The notes beneath the pieces are model-generated. The model was given only the letters and a program-made list of their open reading frames with translations, ran no database searches and was not told where the DNA came from. A program made the position numbers and the translations under genes. A stretch of 63,184 nucleotides of DNA, the filler included, from Conidiobolus incongruus B7586 (lineage: Eukaryota), in NCBI GenBank assembly GCA_000697335.1. It is 12 parts of 12 records of this genome, joined end to end, with 100 filler letters (N's around TTAATTAATTAA, not from the genome) between each part and the next. Parts side by side here need not be neighbours in the genome. Positions count along the whole stretch, not along the records: positions 1 to 6,462 come from JNEM01007142.1; positions 6,563 to 10,911 come from JNEM01007143.1; positions 11,012 to 20,183 come from JNEM01007144.1; 9 more parts are not named here. One strand, written 5' to 3'. How positions within the stretch are numbered: the first letter of the stretch is position 1; each line of letters begins with the position of its first letter. Positions 1 to 13,494 of the stretch are shown in pieces.

Positions 1-771
1 ATTAAAATATTAAAACTAAAATTTTAATTAAAATAAGGTACATATTTATAGGATTTTGGTAATAATAAGAAAATCAAAACTTAGTATATTTATCTTTAAA
101 TTTCTAATTTTTTAAGTTTATACAATATAAAAAAAATTAATTTCTTATACTAAAAAGGATTAATTTTATTTTAAGCTTCTTAATTATATTTTTGAAATTA
201 ATTTTAATCTTTTATTAAATATAAAGTTTTAATAATAACTTTTAATTAATTTTAATAATATTTAATTAGGTAATGATTAAAAAATTAAAAAAGTTATTTT
301 ATAACTATTATTTTGCTATTTTTAAGCTATTTAGTAATAAAAATAATAATATAATTAAAAATATAATAATATTAGAAAATAATATTAAATTTATTTAACC
401 TATATTTTTTAATAATTTTTTTATTTATAATTTAAAATGCTTCAATATATCTTAATATTAATTCTGATATTAACTTTATAAAAATATCTTATATTTAAAG
501 ATAATATATATCCTTAAATAATAATTAACCTCTTATTATATTCTTTAGTGAAAATAATATAATAATTATAAAGTAATTGAATATTTTTTTAAAATATTTA
601 GCTTTTTTAATAAATTTATTAAAATATATTCTTATTATATTATACTAAATAACTTTACTTTAGCTAATTTAAAATTAATATTAATAATTATATTTAAATT
701 CTTATTTAACTCTATAATAGCATTTTTTTAATTAAGGTTGTTTTTTTTAAAATATAAGTATTATTTATTTA
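1..771 (-). mobile_element. Degenerate Tc1-family transposon fragment, interrupted at 772 by an LTR retrotransposon
   Basis: Colinear with the Tc1 copy at about 22970-23720 but much more AT-shifted; no open frame. Confidence 0.8.
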
Positions 772-1170
772 TGTAAGTGTAGTGGTAGTTAAACTAATAT
801 AGTGTAGAGGAAAACTTAATATAAAAGTAGTGTGGTGTAGAATGTGGTAATATAATGTAGCTGTAGTGTGCAAGTGTAAACAAAGTTTAATTAAGCTTCA
901 AACTAGGATGAGTCACTGATATATTAAGATTTATATTAGGTAGTGCCAATATCCTACAATATCAACAGAATATAGTCTCAATCTTAGAAATAGTGTAAAA
1001 GTAAAAATAGTAAGAATTAAGAGGAAAAAAGAAGAACTTAGTTTATTAGATAATTTAATACTATTTATACAATTAATTTAACTATATAAGTATAAATTAA
1101 TTATATAATTTATAGTTAATTGGATTATATGAAAATATATATAACAATTTAAAGAATTAGTCTTTTAACA
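772..1170 (-). repeat. 3' LTR of family A chromovirus (399 bp, TGT...ACA)
   Basis: Terminal TGT/ACA; matches 6089-6462, 54722-55119 and the reverse complement of 57312-57713. Confidence 0.95.
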
Positions 1171-4100
1171 CTCCCCTAGTAGGTTTCTTAAAAGAGACAC
1201 ACTCCCTAATTTTTTGTAAATAGGTATAATAGGCTAAGGTATTCTTAATATTTTCTAGAGGTTCTTATGTAGCTTCTTTAATAGGATAACCCATCCATTT
1301 TACATAAAAATAAAGCTTATTCCTAATAGATTTAGACTTAATTATATAATTAACATAGTATTCTTCTTCTCTATCTTGATTAATAATTGGATCTAGTTTT
1401 AAGGTTTTTAATTAATTAGGAAAAGTGTTAAAATCTTTAAAGTATAGTTTAATTTTAGATATGTGAAAGGTAGGGTTGATCCTCAAAGTTAAAGGTAATT
1501 CTAAGGTAATATTTTCAAAATTTGAATTAATAGATTAAATTTTATAGGGACTATAATATAATGGTAAGTATTTGGGATTTAAGCTAGATTTAAGTAAGGT
1601 AGGTTTAAGGGCAGATTGTTCTAAGTATACAAACATACCAGTTTCATATTTAAGAGGGTTTCTAGATAACTTTAAGTATTGTTGTTCTATGATCCTTTGA
1701 TTTTCTTCTAAGTTAAATTTAACAAGAGAATTGATATGTTTGATATTAGATTAAAATTCAACAATGTCCAAAGGTAAGTTGATTTGAAGTTTTAAAGTAA
1801 TTATTAAGTTAGGATATTTGCTATAATTAATGAAATAAAGGCTAAAACCTGTTGATCTATTGATAAAGGTGTTGAATAAATATTAGAGTTGGTAGATATA
1901 GGCATCTTAATTTAACTAATTAGTGTTAATATAGGCTTTAATCATTTGCTTCAAGGTTTTAATAGTTTTTTTAGCAAGTTTATTAGTTTAGTGATGATTG
2001 GTAGTAGACATAGCTAGGTTAATCTTAAAGGAAGAGGATAGTGACTTCTAGAATTAAGAGTTGAATTGTACATCTTTATCAGATATAATAGTTTGTAGAA
2101 TTCTATGGTAGGTAAAGATATTAGAGAATAACAATTGTGCAACATCTTTAGCTGTAGAAGTTTTGAAATAAAGAATAAAATAAGCATATTTAGAAAATAA
2201 ATCAATTGCAATTAGTAAGTTATTATAACTATTTGTTGATTTAAAAATTTCTATGAAATCAAGTTGGATTTGTTGTTAAATTTCATTAGGGATTTGTAAA
2301 GGAATAAGTTTACTATATTTTAGTTAAGTATTATATTTAGTTCTTTAGCATATATCACAGGTATTAGTGTATTTCTAAACTAATTTAACTAGGGAAAGTT
2401 AGTAGTACTTTGTTTTAATTCTCTCAGTGGTCTTTAACTAGTTTTAATGTCCTCTAACAAGTAAGTTATAGCATTCATTAAATATTATTTGTTAGATCTT
2501 AGGAATGTTAGGAATATATAGACAATCATTATAATATAGTAAGTTATTGATAATTTTAAATCTTTTAACATATTTTAGTTAGTTTTCTAATAGTTTAGAG
2601 AGTTCTTCTTTAACTAAAATAAAGAAATTATTATTTAGTAGTATTTTTTAAAGTAGTTTAATAAATTCTTTATTTCCTTCATTAATAATCATTAAGTTAA
2701 TATTTGCTGGATTTTTACAATTAGAACAAAAGGGTAGGTATACAAGATTTTTTAACAAAGTATCTACAACATAGTTCTATTAACCTAAAAGATATTAAAT
2801 AAAGAAAAGGTAAGCTTGGATAGTTTTAATCTATTTAACTTATTTTCTTGATAAATGCTTCTAAGTATTTAAGTAGATAAGTGATTTATAATTTATAAAT
2901 GCTAAGAAAAAGTTGCAAGATAAAAAGTGTGAGTGATTTTTGATTATTTCTACTAAAGCAAAGAGTTCTTGTTTATAAACTAGGTATTTCAATTCAGCTG
3001 GTTTTATTTTTCTTAACTAGAATGTTATTAGTTTTAAGGTAACATTTATAAGGTTAAATTTAACCTGTTCTCCTTTATTTATTATTTTATCCTATAGTTA
3101 TAAAGTAAAATATAAATTAAATTCAAACTAGGTTAACTATCCACCAATTATAAAAGAATTAGAGTCAGTAAAAATAATAGTAGGTAGTTTTAGATTAAAG
3201 ATAGATAAAGTAAAAGCATTAGTAATATAGAATATTAAAACATTTATGTAAAAAGTGTGTAGTGGGGTTTATTCAAAAAAAGAGTTTTTCTTCAAGAGAT
3301 TAGTAAGAAAAACAATAAGTTCAGTAAAAGAATCAATGAAATCTTTAAAGTAATTCAATAATCTAAGTATAAACATAAGTTAATCTTTATTTATAAGTAT
3401 AGTAAAGGCTTTAACACCATTGAGTTTAGTTAGATCAATACTAATTCTTTAAGATGAAACAATATAACCATAGAAAAAGATAGAAGAGGCACCAAAGATA
3501 CATTTTAATAGTTTCAAAGGTAATTTATATTCTTGAATAATTTATAAGACTTAATTAACATGTTGAATATATTCTTCTTTAGTTTTTGAATGGATCAGGA
3601 TATTATCAAGGTAAGTGATAACAAAGTTATTAAAAACAGGGTTGAAAAGGGAATTGATAAATCAAGTGAAAGTTACAAGAGCATTACACAATCTAAAGTT
3701 TATAATAGTAAATTCATAGTGGCTTAAAAGAGTGTTGAAAGTAGTTAAAGGGATAAAGTTTTCTTCAACTCTAATGTTGTAATATCTATTCTTAACATCT
3801 AGTTTAGTAAATATAGTTGATTTAAGTAGTTTATCCCTAACATCATGTAGGTTTAGTAATAAAGTTTTATCCTTGATAGTTTTAAAGTTTAAAACACAGT
3901 TATTAATATATAATCTCTAACCACCATTAGCCTTTTGTATAAAGAAGATTAAAGATTTTTATAGTGAGGAAAAAGGTTTAATGTACCTATTTTCAAGTAA
4001 TTTTTAGATTTCTTCTTTCAAGGTTTGGTATTATTCAGGAGATAAATGGTAAATAAACTTTAAGTATAGTTGTGTACCAAGGATTAGTTTAATTTTGTGT

Positions 4101-6088
4101 TTAATATTATATTTAGGTGGTAATCTATTCACAAGTTTAAAAACATTAGCAAATTAACTTACTGTATTGTATAAAAAGTGGTCATTAGATATAACTTCAT
4201 TAAAATCAACAAATGAAGTGCTGATAAATGAATAATAAACAGATATATATCCCCATAAATTATTTAAGTTTTTGATTAGTTTTTTACATTGATTTTTACT
4301 TATAATAATAGAATTATTTGCTATAATTGTAGAGTTAGTGTTAGGTAAAGTATTTAATAGTTTTATAGTAGGGTAATGTAGATTTTTTAAGATTAATTCT
4401 ACTAATTTCTTTTGGAATGTGAAAAAGATAAATTTGTAGCTTTCTGGGGTAATATCTATAGATATAAAACTGTGATATTCAAACTAATTTTAACTTAGTA
4501 TAAAATTATAACTAATGTTGTTAACTAGGAATTTAATATATTGGGAGTAGTTAAGGGGTAATGATAAGTATTTAGATATAGTGTTAGATGCTTGTTCTAT
4601 TAAGTTGTTAGCATATTTAATTATTAAGTTGCTTTTTTAGGTAGGTAAAGATAGCTTTACAACAATAAAAGAGGAGATAATATAACTAGAATAACTAGAG
4701 TTAATTAAAACACTAACAGGTGTATCTATAAAAAAACTAGTTAACATAAACAATAGGGTGATAGTTAAAGGTAAAGAATCACAGGGTAGATTAGTTACTA
4801 GAATATTTTTAGTTTCTAGTGGTTTAATCAGTTAGATTTCTCTAGTATACATAGTTTAATTTGTGGAATTATTGGTTTATTAGAACTTTTGTGGATTAGA
4901 TTAGAATCTGCTGACTAATTGTAAAAGGGGTGATTCTAAGGTTATATTAATATTATTCAAGTTTAATTTATGGTTGGCAAATTAAGATTATTGAGAATTA
5001 GATTAGTGTTGTTTCTTAAAGGGATATTTGTTAGCTCTATAGTTAACTTGAGTCTTTTAGCAGTAATAACAACCTTTGTTTGTTCTCAAGTAAGCTTTAG
5101 CTTCTTCACTAAAGGTTTTCTCATAAAGTTTTAAAGCAGAAACATCTATCATTTGAAACTTAGGTGGGTTAAAGTAAAGTTTAAAAGATTAATTTTTAGG
5201 GTAGGAAGATTTAGTTATAGAGTAAAGGATATCATCAATTATAATTGTTGTATCACAAATGTTAAAAAAAGACATATTATCAAAGTGTTCCCTACTAACT
5301 AACTAAAGCTTTACTTGGGGGTTAAAGCATTATAATAGTTTGTGGATTTGTTTTTCTTTAGTGATATTTAGTATATTTAAGCATATCTCATTAAATTTCT
5401 CAATTAATTATCTTGCAAAAGTTCTTTATTTAAGCTAGGAAAGCTTTTCTCTTGTTAATTAAACTTAATCTTTTAAGTAATACCTCTCTTTAAAAGCTTT
5501 TTCTAATTGTTTAAAAGTTTATATCTTTGTAGTAGGTTATCCTCTTGAAGATTCTTTAGGATTAAGCTTGTAATGAGTTAACTACTAAATATAAACAAAT
5601 TTTTCCAAAAAAGAAGTGGTTAATTTAAGGATATTCTCTAGATCTTTATTAAGAATTAAATCAAGGTAATTCTTTATGTTTTTAAGGTAGTTTTCAAGCT
5701 TGTAAAGGTTTTTTAAGTTATCATAAGTAGTTAATTTGTCTTTAAAAACACTAAGGAGGTGGTTTAATACATTAACTATAGTGAAGTAGCTAGTTTGTTA
5801 GATTTAAGCTCTTTGAGACATGTTTTTTTCAATCAAAAGTTGTTTAATATAAGCTTCTTGGAGGGTAGTAAGCTTTTAGGGACTAAAGTCTTAGATTCAC
5901 TCAATAATTAAGCTGCTATCATTATTAAAATAATATGAGGGTATCTCTTTTTTTAGTGGTATTATAGTGTATAGTGTTAAATTTAAATGAAATAAATTAT
6001 AAATAAGATTTAAAATAGTAATAGATAGGTTAGATACAAGTAGTTATTAATTTCTAGTAGGTTTTTAGCAGTTTTGTCACTGTTACCA

Positions 6089-6462
6089 TATAAATATAGT
6101 GGTAGTTAAACTAATATAGTGTAGAGGAAGATTTAATATAAAAGTAGTGTGGCACAAAACATAGTAATATAATGTGGCTGTAGTGTGCAAGTGTAAACAA
6201 AGTTTAATTAAGCTTCAAACTAGGATGAGTTATTGATATATTAAGATTTATATTAGGTAGTGCTAATATCCTATAATATCAACAAAATATAGTCTCAATT
6301 TTAGAAATAGTGTAAAAGTAAAAATAGTAAGAATTGAGAGGAAAAAAGAAGAACCTAGTTTATTAGATAATTTAATACTATTTATACAATTAATTTAACT
6401 ATATAAGTATAAATTAATCATATAATTTATAGTTAATTGGATTATATGAAAGTGTATATAAG
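6089..6462 (-). repeat. 5' LTR of family A chromovirus (truncated by gap)
   Basis: Ungapped match to 772-1145; adjacent PBS-like sequence at about 6076-6088 (minus strand). Confidence 0.92.
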
Positions 6463-6562
6463 NNNNNNNNNNNNNNNNNNNNNNNNNNNNNNNNNNNNNN
6501 NNNNNNTTAATTAATTAANNNNNNNNNNNNNNNNNNNNNNNNNNNNNNNNNNNNNNNNNNNN

Positions 6563-6790
6563 ATTTATTAAAATTTATAAAAATAAAATTATTATTATTA
6601 TTTCTTTAATTATTAGTAAAATAAAAAATATATATTAAGAAATATCTTTCTATAATAATTAAAGAATTTCTAAAGAAATTTAATTTAATCATATTAATAA
6701 ATTATATATTAAAATTTTAACTTGATTTTATTATAAAAAATATAAAATATATATTTTATAATTTAACAAAAATTTAAAAAAATATAATAT
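6563..6790 (+). mobile_element. Degenerate mariner fragment
   Basis: Colinear with about 51975-52200 of the mariner copy. Confidence 0.6.
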
Positions 6791-9399
6791 GGTTATAATT
6801 GACTATAATTTATTAATAATAGCAAATAATTATATCTATCACTTAAGAAACTGATTATCACACTGATATGAGAAATTATATTAAAAGTGCCTTATTTTAT
6901 AAACTGGTTAAACTTATCATTTTCTATATATAAGGCCTATATATTCATAAACATTCATAATTGAAACTAATATAAGATTACTACAAGCAAACTAATAAAT
7001 ACATTCTTTTATCTTTATTTTCAAAAGTATTCAGTCTTTAAGTTTTTCTTATAATATTCATAAAGGTATTGAGTTATGATAAGTGTAAGATATTTATTTT
7101 ATTTGCAATAAGTTATTTTCACCTAATTTGATAAACCCCCTTAATTTCCCTTGACTTTATGGTAATCTATCATTTACCACTGGTGATTCCCTGTTTAAGC
7201 TTTAAAAGACTACTTCCTCTTATATTTATAGTTGTCACTAAAATAAAATTAAAAAATTAGGATTTTATGTTTTATGATTATAAATAATAAATTATAAAAT
7301 TGTTATTAAATTCTAATATATAAATATTCTATTTATAAGGAATATTAATTATTATAATATAATATAATAATATATAACTTTTTTATTCAATTTTCAAAAA
7401 AAAAACATTAATTGAACAAAATATTTTTAATTAGTATTTTCAATAAAATTTAAAACTACATATTATTTTATGTAAAGTTATATATAATATGAAATTCAAG
7501 ATTTTAAAATTTCTGATTAAGAAAAGCTATTATATCAAGGATAATCACTTGATTATAACCTGTACGATTTTAATTGGTTTAGCCAAATAGAAATATTCTT
7601 ATTAAAAAGAATCATATAAATATATTTAATTAGTGTTTAAAATAACAAATTTTTGTTTTTATTAAGAACCAATTTTAAATGTTAAATGGTTGCCAAAAGT
7701 AAGCTAAAAAGTTATTAGTTATTAAAAAGGTATTGATTTTATATTATAAATTTATTTTTGTAAATTATAGATCAAAAATTATGTTTAATTTAAAAACTCA
7801 TTATTTAAAATTTGATATAATAATTTAGTAATATTTTAGTATCATAATATTAATAATATTTAACCCTGAAATAACTTAGGTGACCACTTTAGAAAGAAAA
7901 TTGTATATAATCAATTTAAATGTTAATTTTGGCTATCTACACTTTAGAGATAGTAGTACAAAATAGAATTTACATATACTTTAATCAAATTATTAAATGG
8001 TCATATTGATAACAATTAATTTCAATATATATATTATATTACTGAAACTGAGAGGATATAATTTAATATAACAATGTATTATTTTATACTTTAGAACTTA
8101 TACCGTACTCATAAAATATAGTATTGATATAAAGTTTGGATCTTTTAAATTCATATCACTTGTATATTGATCAAATATTTGAAATTAATCTTCAATTTTT
8201 GACAAGTTAGTTGGAGTTTTAATTTTTGATCTAACTAATATATATAATATGGGACAAAGTTACAAAAACAAACATTTATTTTATTAGAGTAAACTGTTTA
8301 TATATCATTTTATTGAAATATATTGCTTTTGTAGTTATAGTATAAAATTATATATACTTGTAAGTAAAAATTTAAATTATATTAAAATACAAAAGATTCC
8401 TATAAAATTTTCAAATATTTATTTTAGGTTCAATTTTATTAAAACCTTTTTTATTGGAAATATTAATATTGTATTAAAACTTAATTTTCTGATTAAAACT
8501 ATATAAACAATCAATTTGAAATATATATTTAATTATAATGAAAATTAAATAATCAGTATTTTCAAGTTTATTTCAGACCTGTTTGATAGCAAATTACACT
8601 TTTTATTCAGTAATTCAATATACAAGTCAATAATTGGTCTATCATTTAAATAAGAAATCTATCCATAACAAAGTCTTTCTAATACAGGTATTATATAAGT
8701 TTGTTAGATACAAAAGCTTGTAAAAAACACAAATGAACATTATAAGATCTTTGAACTAGAAAGTCATTTTTGATTGGTATAATAGATTTGATGGTTTAGT
8801 TATTTTTCAAATAAGTTGAACTCAAACAATAATCTATTTGAAATTAGAAACTCTAATAAGATTTGATTTAAAAAATGTCCAAAATAATTATCTTAATAAT
8901 TTCATAAATTAAATTTAATATAAATTAAAAATTTACTTTTAAAATTTGATTCATTTCTCAAGAATATTAAATAAATTTCTATATATATATATATATTGAT
9001 GAAATGATATAATATTATTGAAATATAACATTATTGTTACTATTGGTATTATTAAATCATTCAAAACTCATAATTATTAAAAATATATTTCATTTTGTTT
9101 CATTTATAAAAACATCGAATATTAATGAATAATTTTGTACTATAAAGGGTATATAAAATTATTTAATAATTGAAATTTGCATTTTTTTATAATACTCTAA
9201 AGCTTATAATCATTACAAATTAGGAAATTGATAAATTTGAAGTGTTAAAGATTCAATTTGAAAGTGCTATTGATATCAATTAAATAAAAATTGCATCATA
9301 ATCCCATTTCAGGGTAATGTGACATCATTATTATCTTATGATTATAAAAATGACTTTGAATCCAATTCTCATTCTCAAGTATAAATAACATCATTCACA

Positions 9400-10127
9400 A
9401 TGCTATTAAGATCTTCAGTACCAAAGACTTTATTTAGAATAAGTCAAGTGCAATTACAGAGGCAGTTCGTTAGAAATATGACTAGTGATAAATCTAATAG
9501 CGAATTTTATACTTTGAAGGGTACTGATATCTATGGGAATACTATTTTATTTGATAGATTTAAACAGAAGGTAATTTATAAAGATTAAAATAACTATCTA
9601 ATAACTAACAACTTGGTAGGTTGTTCTCATAGTTAATACCGCCTGTGCATGTGGCTTCACTCCTCAGCTAGAAGGTCTCCAAAAACTCCACGACAAATAT
9701 AAGGATCAGGGCTTTGAAGTTGTAGGTTTCCCTAGTAATTCTTTCTATCAAGACAAACAAGAAGGTCAAGAACTTATTGACTCTTATGTCAACAAGCACG
9801 GTGTTAAGTTTTTGTTAATGCAAAAGAGGTAATGCTTATACATAGTTTATGATATTCCCAACTAACTTGAAGAGATAGTGATGTCAATGGATCTAACACT
9901 AATGAAGTATTCCAATATCTAAAGAAACAAAAATCAGGTTTATTAGGCTTTAGTGGTATTAAATGGAATTTTGAAGTAAATTTATTTCATTAAATATATA
10001 TTATTTATTATCTTTACTAATTATTTTAAAGAAATTTTTAGTGGACCGTAACGGTAACGTTGTTGAAAGATACTCTTCCAAAACTACGCCTGAACAACTT
10101 GAAGCTGATATTAAAGCTCATTTGTAA
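9400..10127 (+). CDS. GPX: Glutathione peroxidase-family (thioredoxin-type) peroxidase; exons 9400-9570, 9620-9828, 9879-9975, 10032-10127
   Basis: Spliced translation gives VVLIVNTACACGFTPQL, VVGFPSNSFYQD and IKWNFEKFLVDRNG. Three canonical GT-AG introns. Arg/Ser-rich N-terminus resembles a mitochondrial presequence. Confidence 0.93.
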
Positions 10128-13100
10128 ATTCGTAATCATTCAATACTTGTGATCAAGTAATAAATTTTTTATTTTCTGCTTTATACATTTATTATTTTAA
10201 CGTGATACCGGTTATGAGTAAGTTTGATCTATAGGCTAATCTGATTTTTTCAAAAGATAAAATAAAACATTTCAAAGAATTACTTTTATTAAAAAATCTC
10301 GAAGTTCTTGCCATATTTTATCCTATATATTTATTACTAAATGTATTATGAAATTTGATTAGTAAACTTGGTTCTTCTTTTTGCCTGATATAATTGATTA
10401 TCTGCTTAATCAATATTTAACCCATTAGTTATAAGACTATTCATGTTGATTACTAATTATATTCGATACTATTAACTATATCTTAAATTATCTAAAATAA
10501 TTCAGTAAAGATATTTTCCAACTCAACTTTAATTTTTCCCCTGTACGATAACCTATTCTTCATCTGTAAGGTTATTTTAGTAGTTTTTCACAATTTTATT
10601 TAGAAATCAAATTTAAATTTAATTTTCAGTTTGATAATTGGACTGTTTCATGAATAGAAATTATACATCATATATAAAAATATTCCATCTTGTACTCTAT
10701 GATTAAAAATTGAAATTAAATACTTATAATTTTAAATAATATTTCAATTTATGATTCGAAAAAAATAATTATCAAAAATTTATAATGTTTTTGGAAAATT
10801 TAATTATATTTTATATAATATATATATATATATATATATCAAATTATTATTATTTTCTTATCAAAGTATGTTTATTTAAAAATTTATGATTAAATATAAT
10901 TTATATTTAAANNNNNNNNNNNNNNNNNNNNNNNNNNNNNNNNNNNNNNNNNNNNTTAATTAATTAANNNNNNNNNNNNNNNNNNNNNNNNNNNNNNNNN
11001 NNNNNNNNNNNATATTTTTTATATATATAGACATTATTCTATATATAAATATTAAAATTCTAATAATTATTTATTATTAATTATCTCTTTCTATATTTTT
11101 ATATAATATTATTTAATATCATTATATTTTATATTTTTATTTTAAAATAGAGTATATTATCTAGATCATTTAGTAATTATCTTGTAAAATAGCTATTATA
11201 GTAACTATATTATATATATTTCCACCTTTTTCAAATATAATAATATATATTTAATACTAAAATAATAAACGTATATATTAATAACATTAAACATAACACT
11301 TATATATATCACTTTTTGTTCTTAGATGATATGCTATATTCATGGCTTCAAAGCTATTAATAAATGATTCAGCCATATGCTCATTGATCCCAACAATTAT
11401 AACAAATAACTATTTTTACCATTTCTCAACTTGATAATAATTGTATTAGGAATAAAATATATAATAAATCACAGAAAAAAAATCCAAAATTAATATTTTA
11501 TTTGACAAGTTCAATATATTAATTGTTAAAGTATTTGGCATAATTAGAACTAAATGTAAAATATTATCTATGAAATATACTGTACTCAAATATGAAAGAA
11601 ATTACATTAATATAAAACAATGAAATCAAAATTTAAATAACGTTCAATATATGGATTAAAAAATCCGTACTATTGTTGTTAATAAATTTATAGAGATTAA
11701 TAATATGATTACCATTAGCCATATTCTCTGATATAAAATCATGGATTTTAATCAAAATATAATTTGAAAATTGTAACCCTGTATTAAATAATAGAGGTTG
11801 GTTTAAATTGCTCAAAATATAACTCGAATATTCGTATTTTGATTATATTTATTATTTTAGTGTAAAACAAAAGTGGTTTTAATCAAATTAATAAACAAAT
11901 CTTTGAAAATGATTTATCTTGTTATTAATTTTAATATCAAGCAATATGGAATGTCTATTTAAGATCACTGTATCTAATGCCTTAAAGCTATTCTAAAAGA
12001 TAATTATGAAATATTCGCTCAGATAAGAATTAAAATAATATTAAGTGTCTGATTGAAAACAAGATATTTAGATATCATTGATTTCCAGTTAAGTTTGGTT
12101 TATATTGGATTATTTTTTCAAATACCACAATAAATTTTATTTTTATTTTATTCATTCGAGATATTTTTTAAAAGATTAATAAATTTATTATCTAAATATA
12201 ATATATATATAATCAAAATCGTTTTATTGCTTTTTATAACCTTTTATTATTATTTTGCATATTGTTTCCAATACTAAGAATCAGGTTTCAATGAATTTTT
12301 TTTGTATTTTGACAATTATTGACAATATTATTATACATTATTGAACAAAATAATTTTATTAGTATAACCATTTTAAATATATATTTTTCAACCATGATAG
12401 AGTTATTAGGTGCGATGGTTCATTAAAAAGAATTAAATTCTGTCAATCACGATTAACTAATCAAGTATTAATTTGATCGTTATAGTCTTCATATATATTA
12501 AAATCCTTCATTTAATATAACTTTAAAAGACTTAATTATTTTAAGGTATTTTGAAAAAAATCATAACAAATGTTTAAAATTAATTAGAAAAAATTTTTAT
12601 AGGTAAAATAAGAATTAAATTGATAATTATAAATTCAATATTTGTTTAAAATTATTAAAAAATATGTAAAATTTTATTATATTAATAATATAATTAAAAT
12701 ACTTGAACTCTAATTATAATTTATTTATAATTTAAATTTGATATATTAATGCAATAATGTTCTTTAATTGCATTTCAATTTTTAAAAATTGTATATATCT
12801 TTTTATAGTCTGAAATATGAAATAAGGATAATAATATTTACCATTTTAGATTATTTGTTTAAAATTATCCCATATTCAACCATTCAATAATTATTAAAAT
12901 ATCAAAATTTTAAATTAATTTATTAATTGGACTTAAACACGATTTATTAAATAGTTTTAAAAAAATTGCAAAATTTTTGTTAATATAATAAATTTTAACT
13001 ATTTAAATCATAAAATTTTCTTTTATTTATAATGAAAATTATTTCACTATATTACTTAATATTCAATTATCTAATTTATCTATTAATAATTGTTTCTGAT

Positions 13101-13244
13101 AAATAATATCAACTTTAATAAAAAGAATTAATAATATAAAACTCCAATAAATCTGATATTTACTTGAATTAAAATAAATTTTAATTTAATAAATTGAAAA
13201 TTAATTAAAAATTAATAATAATTGAGGGTTAATAAAATTTGAAT

Positions 13245-13282
<38 letters not shown>

Positions 13283-13494
13283 ATAATTTAATCATTTGAT
13301 TTACTATTATCAGTTATATGAATTAAATTTTAATATTATTCATTTTGAATATTAACTAATTTGTTTAAATGTATTATTATTAACTTGACAATAAATTTTC
13401 GTAATATTAATATATTATAGCCACTGAGAGGAGACCGAAATAGGAGATTGAATGCAATGATGCGATTATTATAATAATTTAGTGTTTTATTAAA

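Larger units (their letters stand above)
772..6462 (-). mobile_element. Ty3/Gypsy chromovirus (family A), near full length, inactivated by transitions
   Basis: LTRs at 772-1170 and 6089-6462 (cut by gap). PBS-like TGGTAACAG next to the 5' LTR; PPT (actaggggag) at 1171-1180. Minus-strand remnants: Zn knuckle CYYC*KTQVNYRANKYP (~5030-5080), protease VLINSS (~4700), RT YLDNILIHS (~3587-3613) and HYEFTIINFRLCNA, chromodomain EEEYYVNYII..YVKWMGYPIKEAT*EPLEN (~1250-1370). Confidence 0.95.

Noticed and set aside
2014..2211. Short ORFs within transposons (also 20819-21034 and 24613-24798)
   Set aside because: Stop-free remnants of mutated integrase or transposase, not genes.
6463..6562. TTAATTAATTAA embedded in N runs, recurring at every gap
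   Set aside because: Artificial scaffold spacer with stops in all six frames; not biological.
11633..11815. 60-aa ORF (also 57978-58184 and 58729-58920)
   Set aside because: AT-rich, no recognisable motif or splice support.
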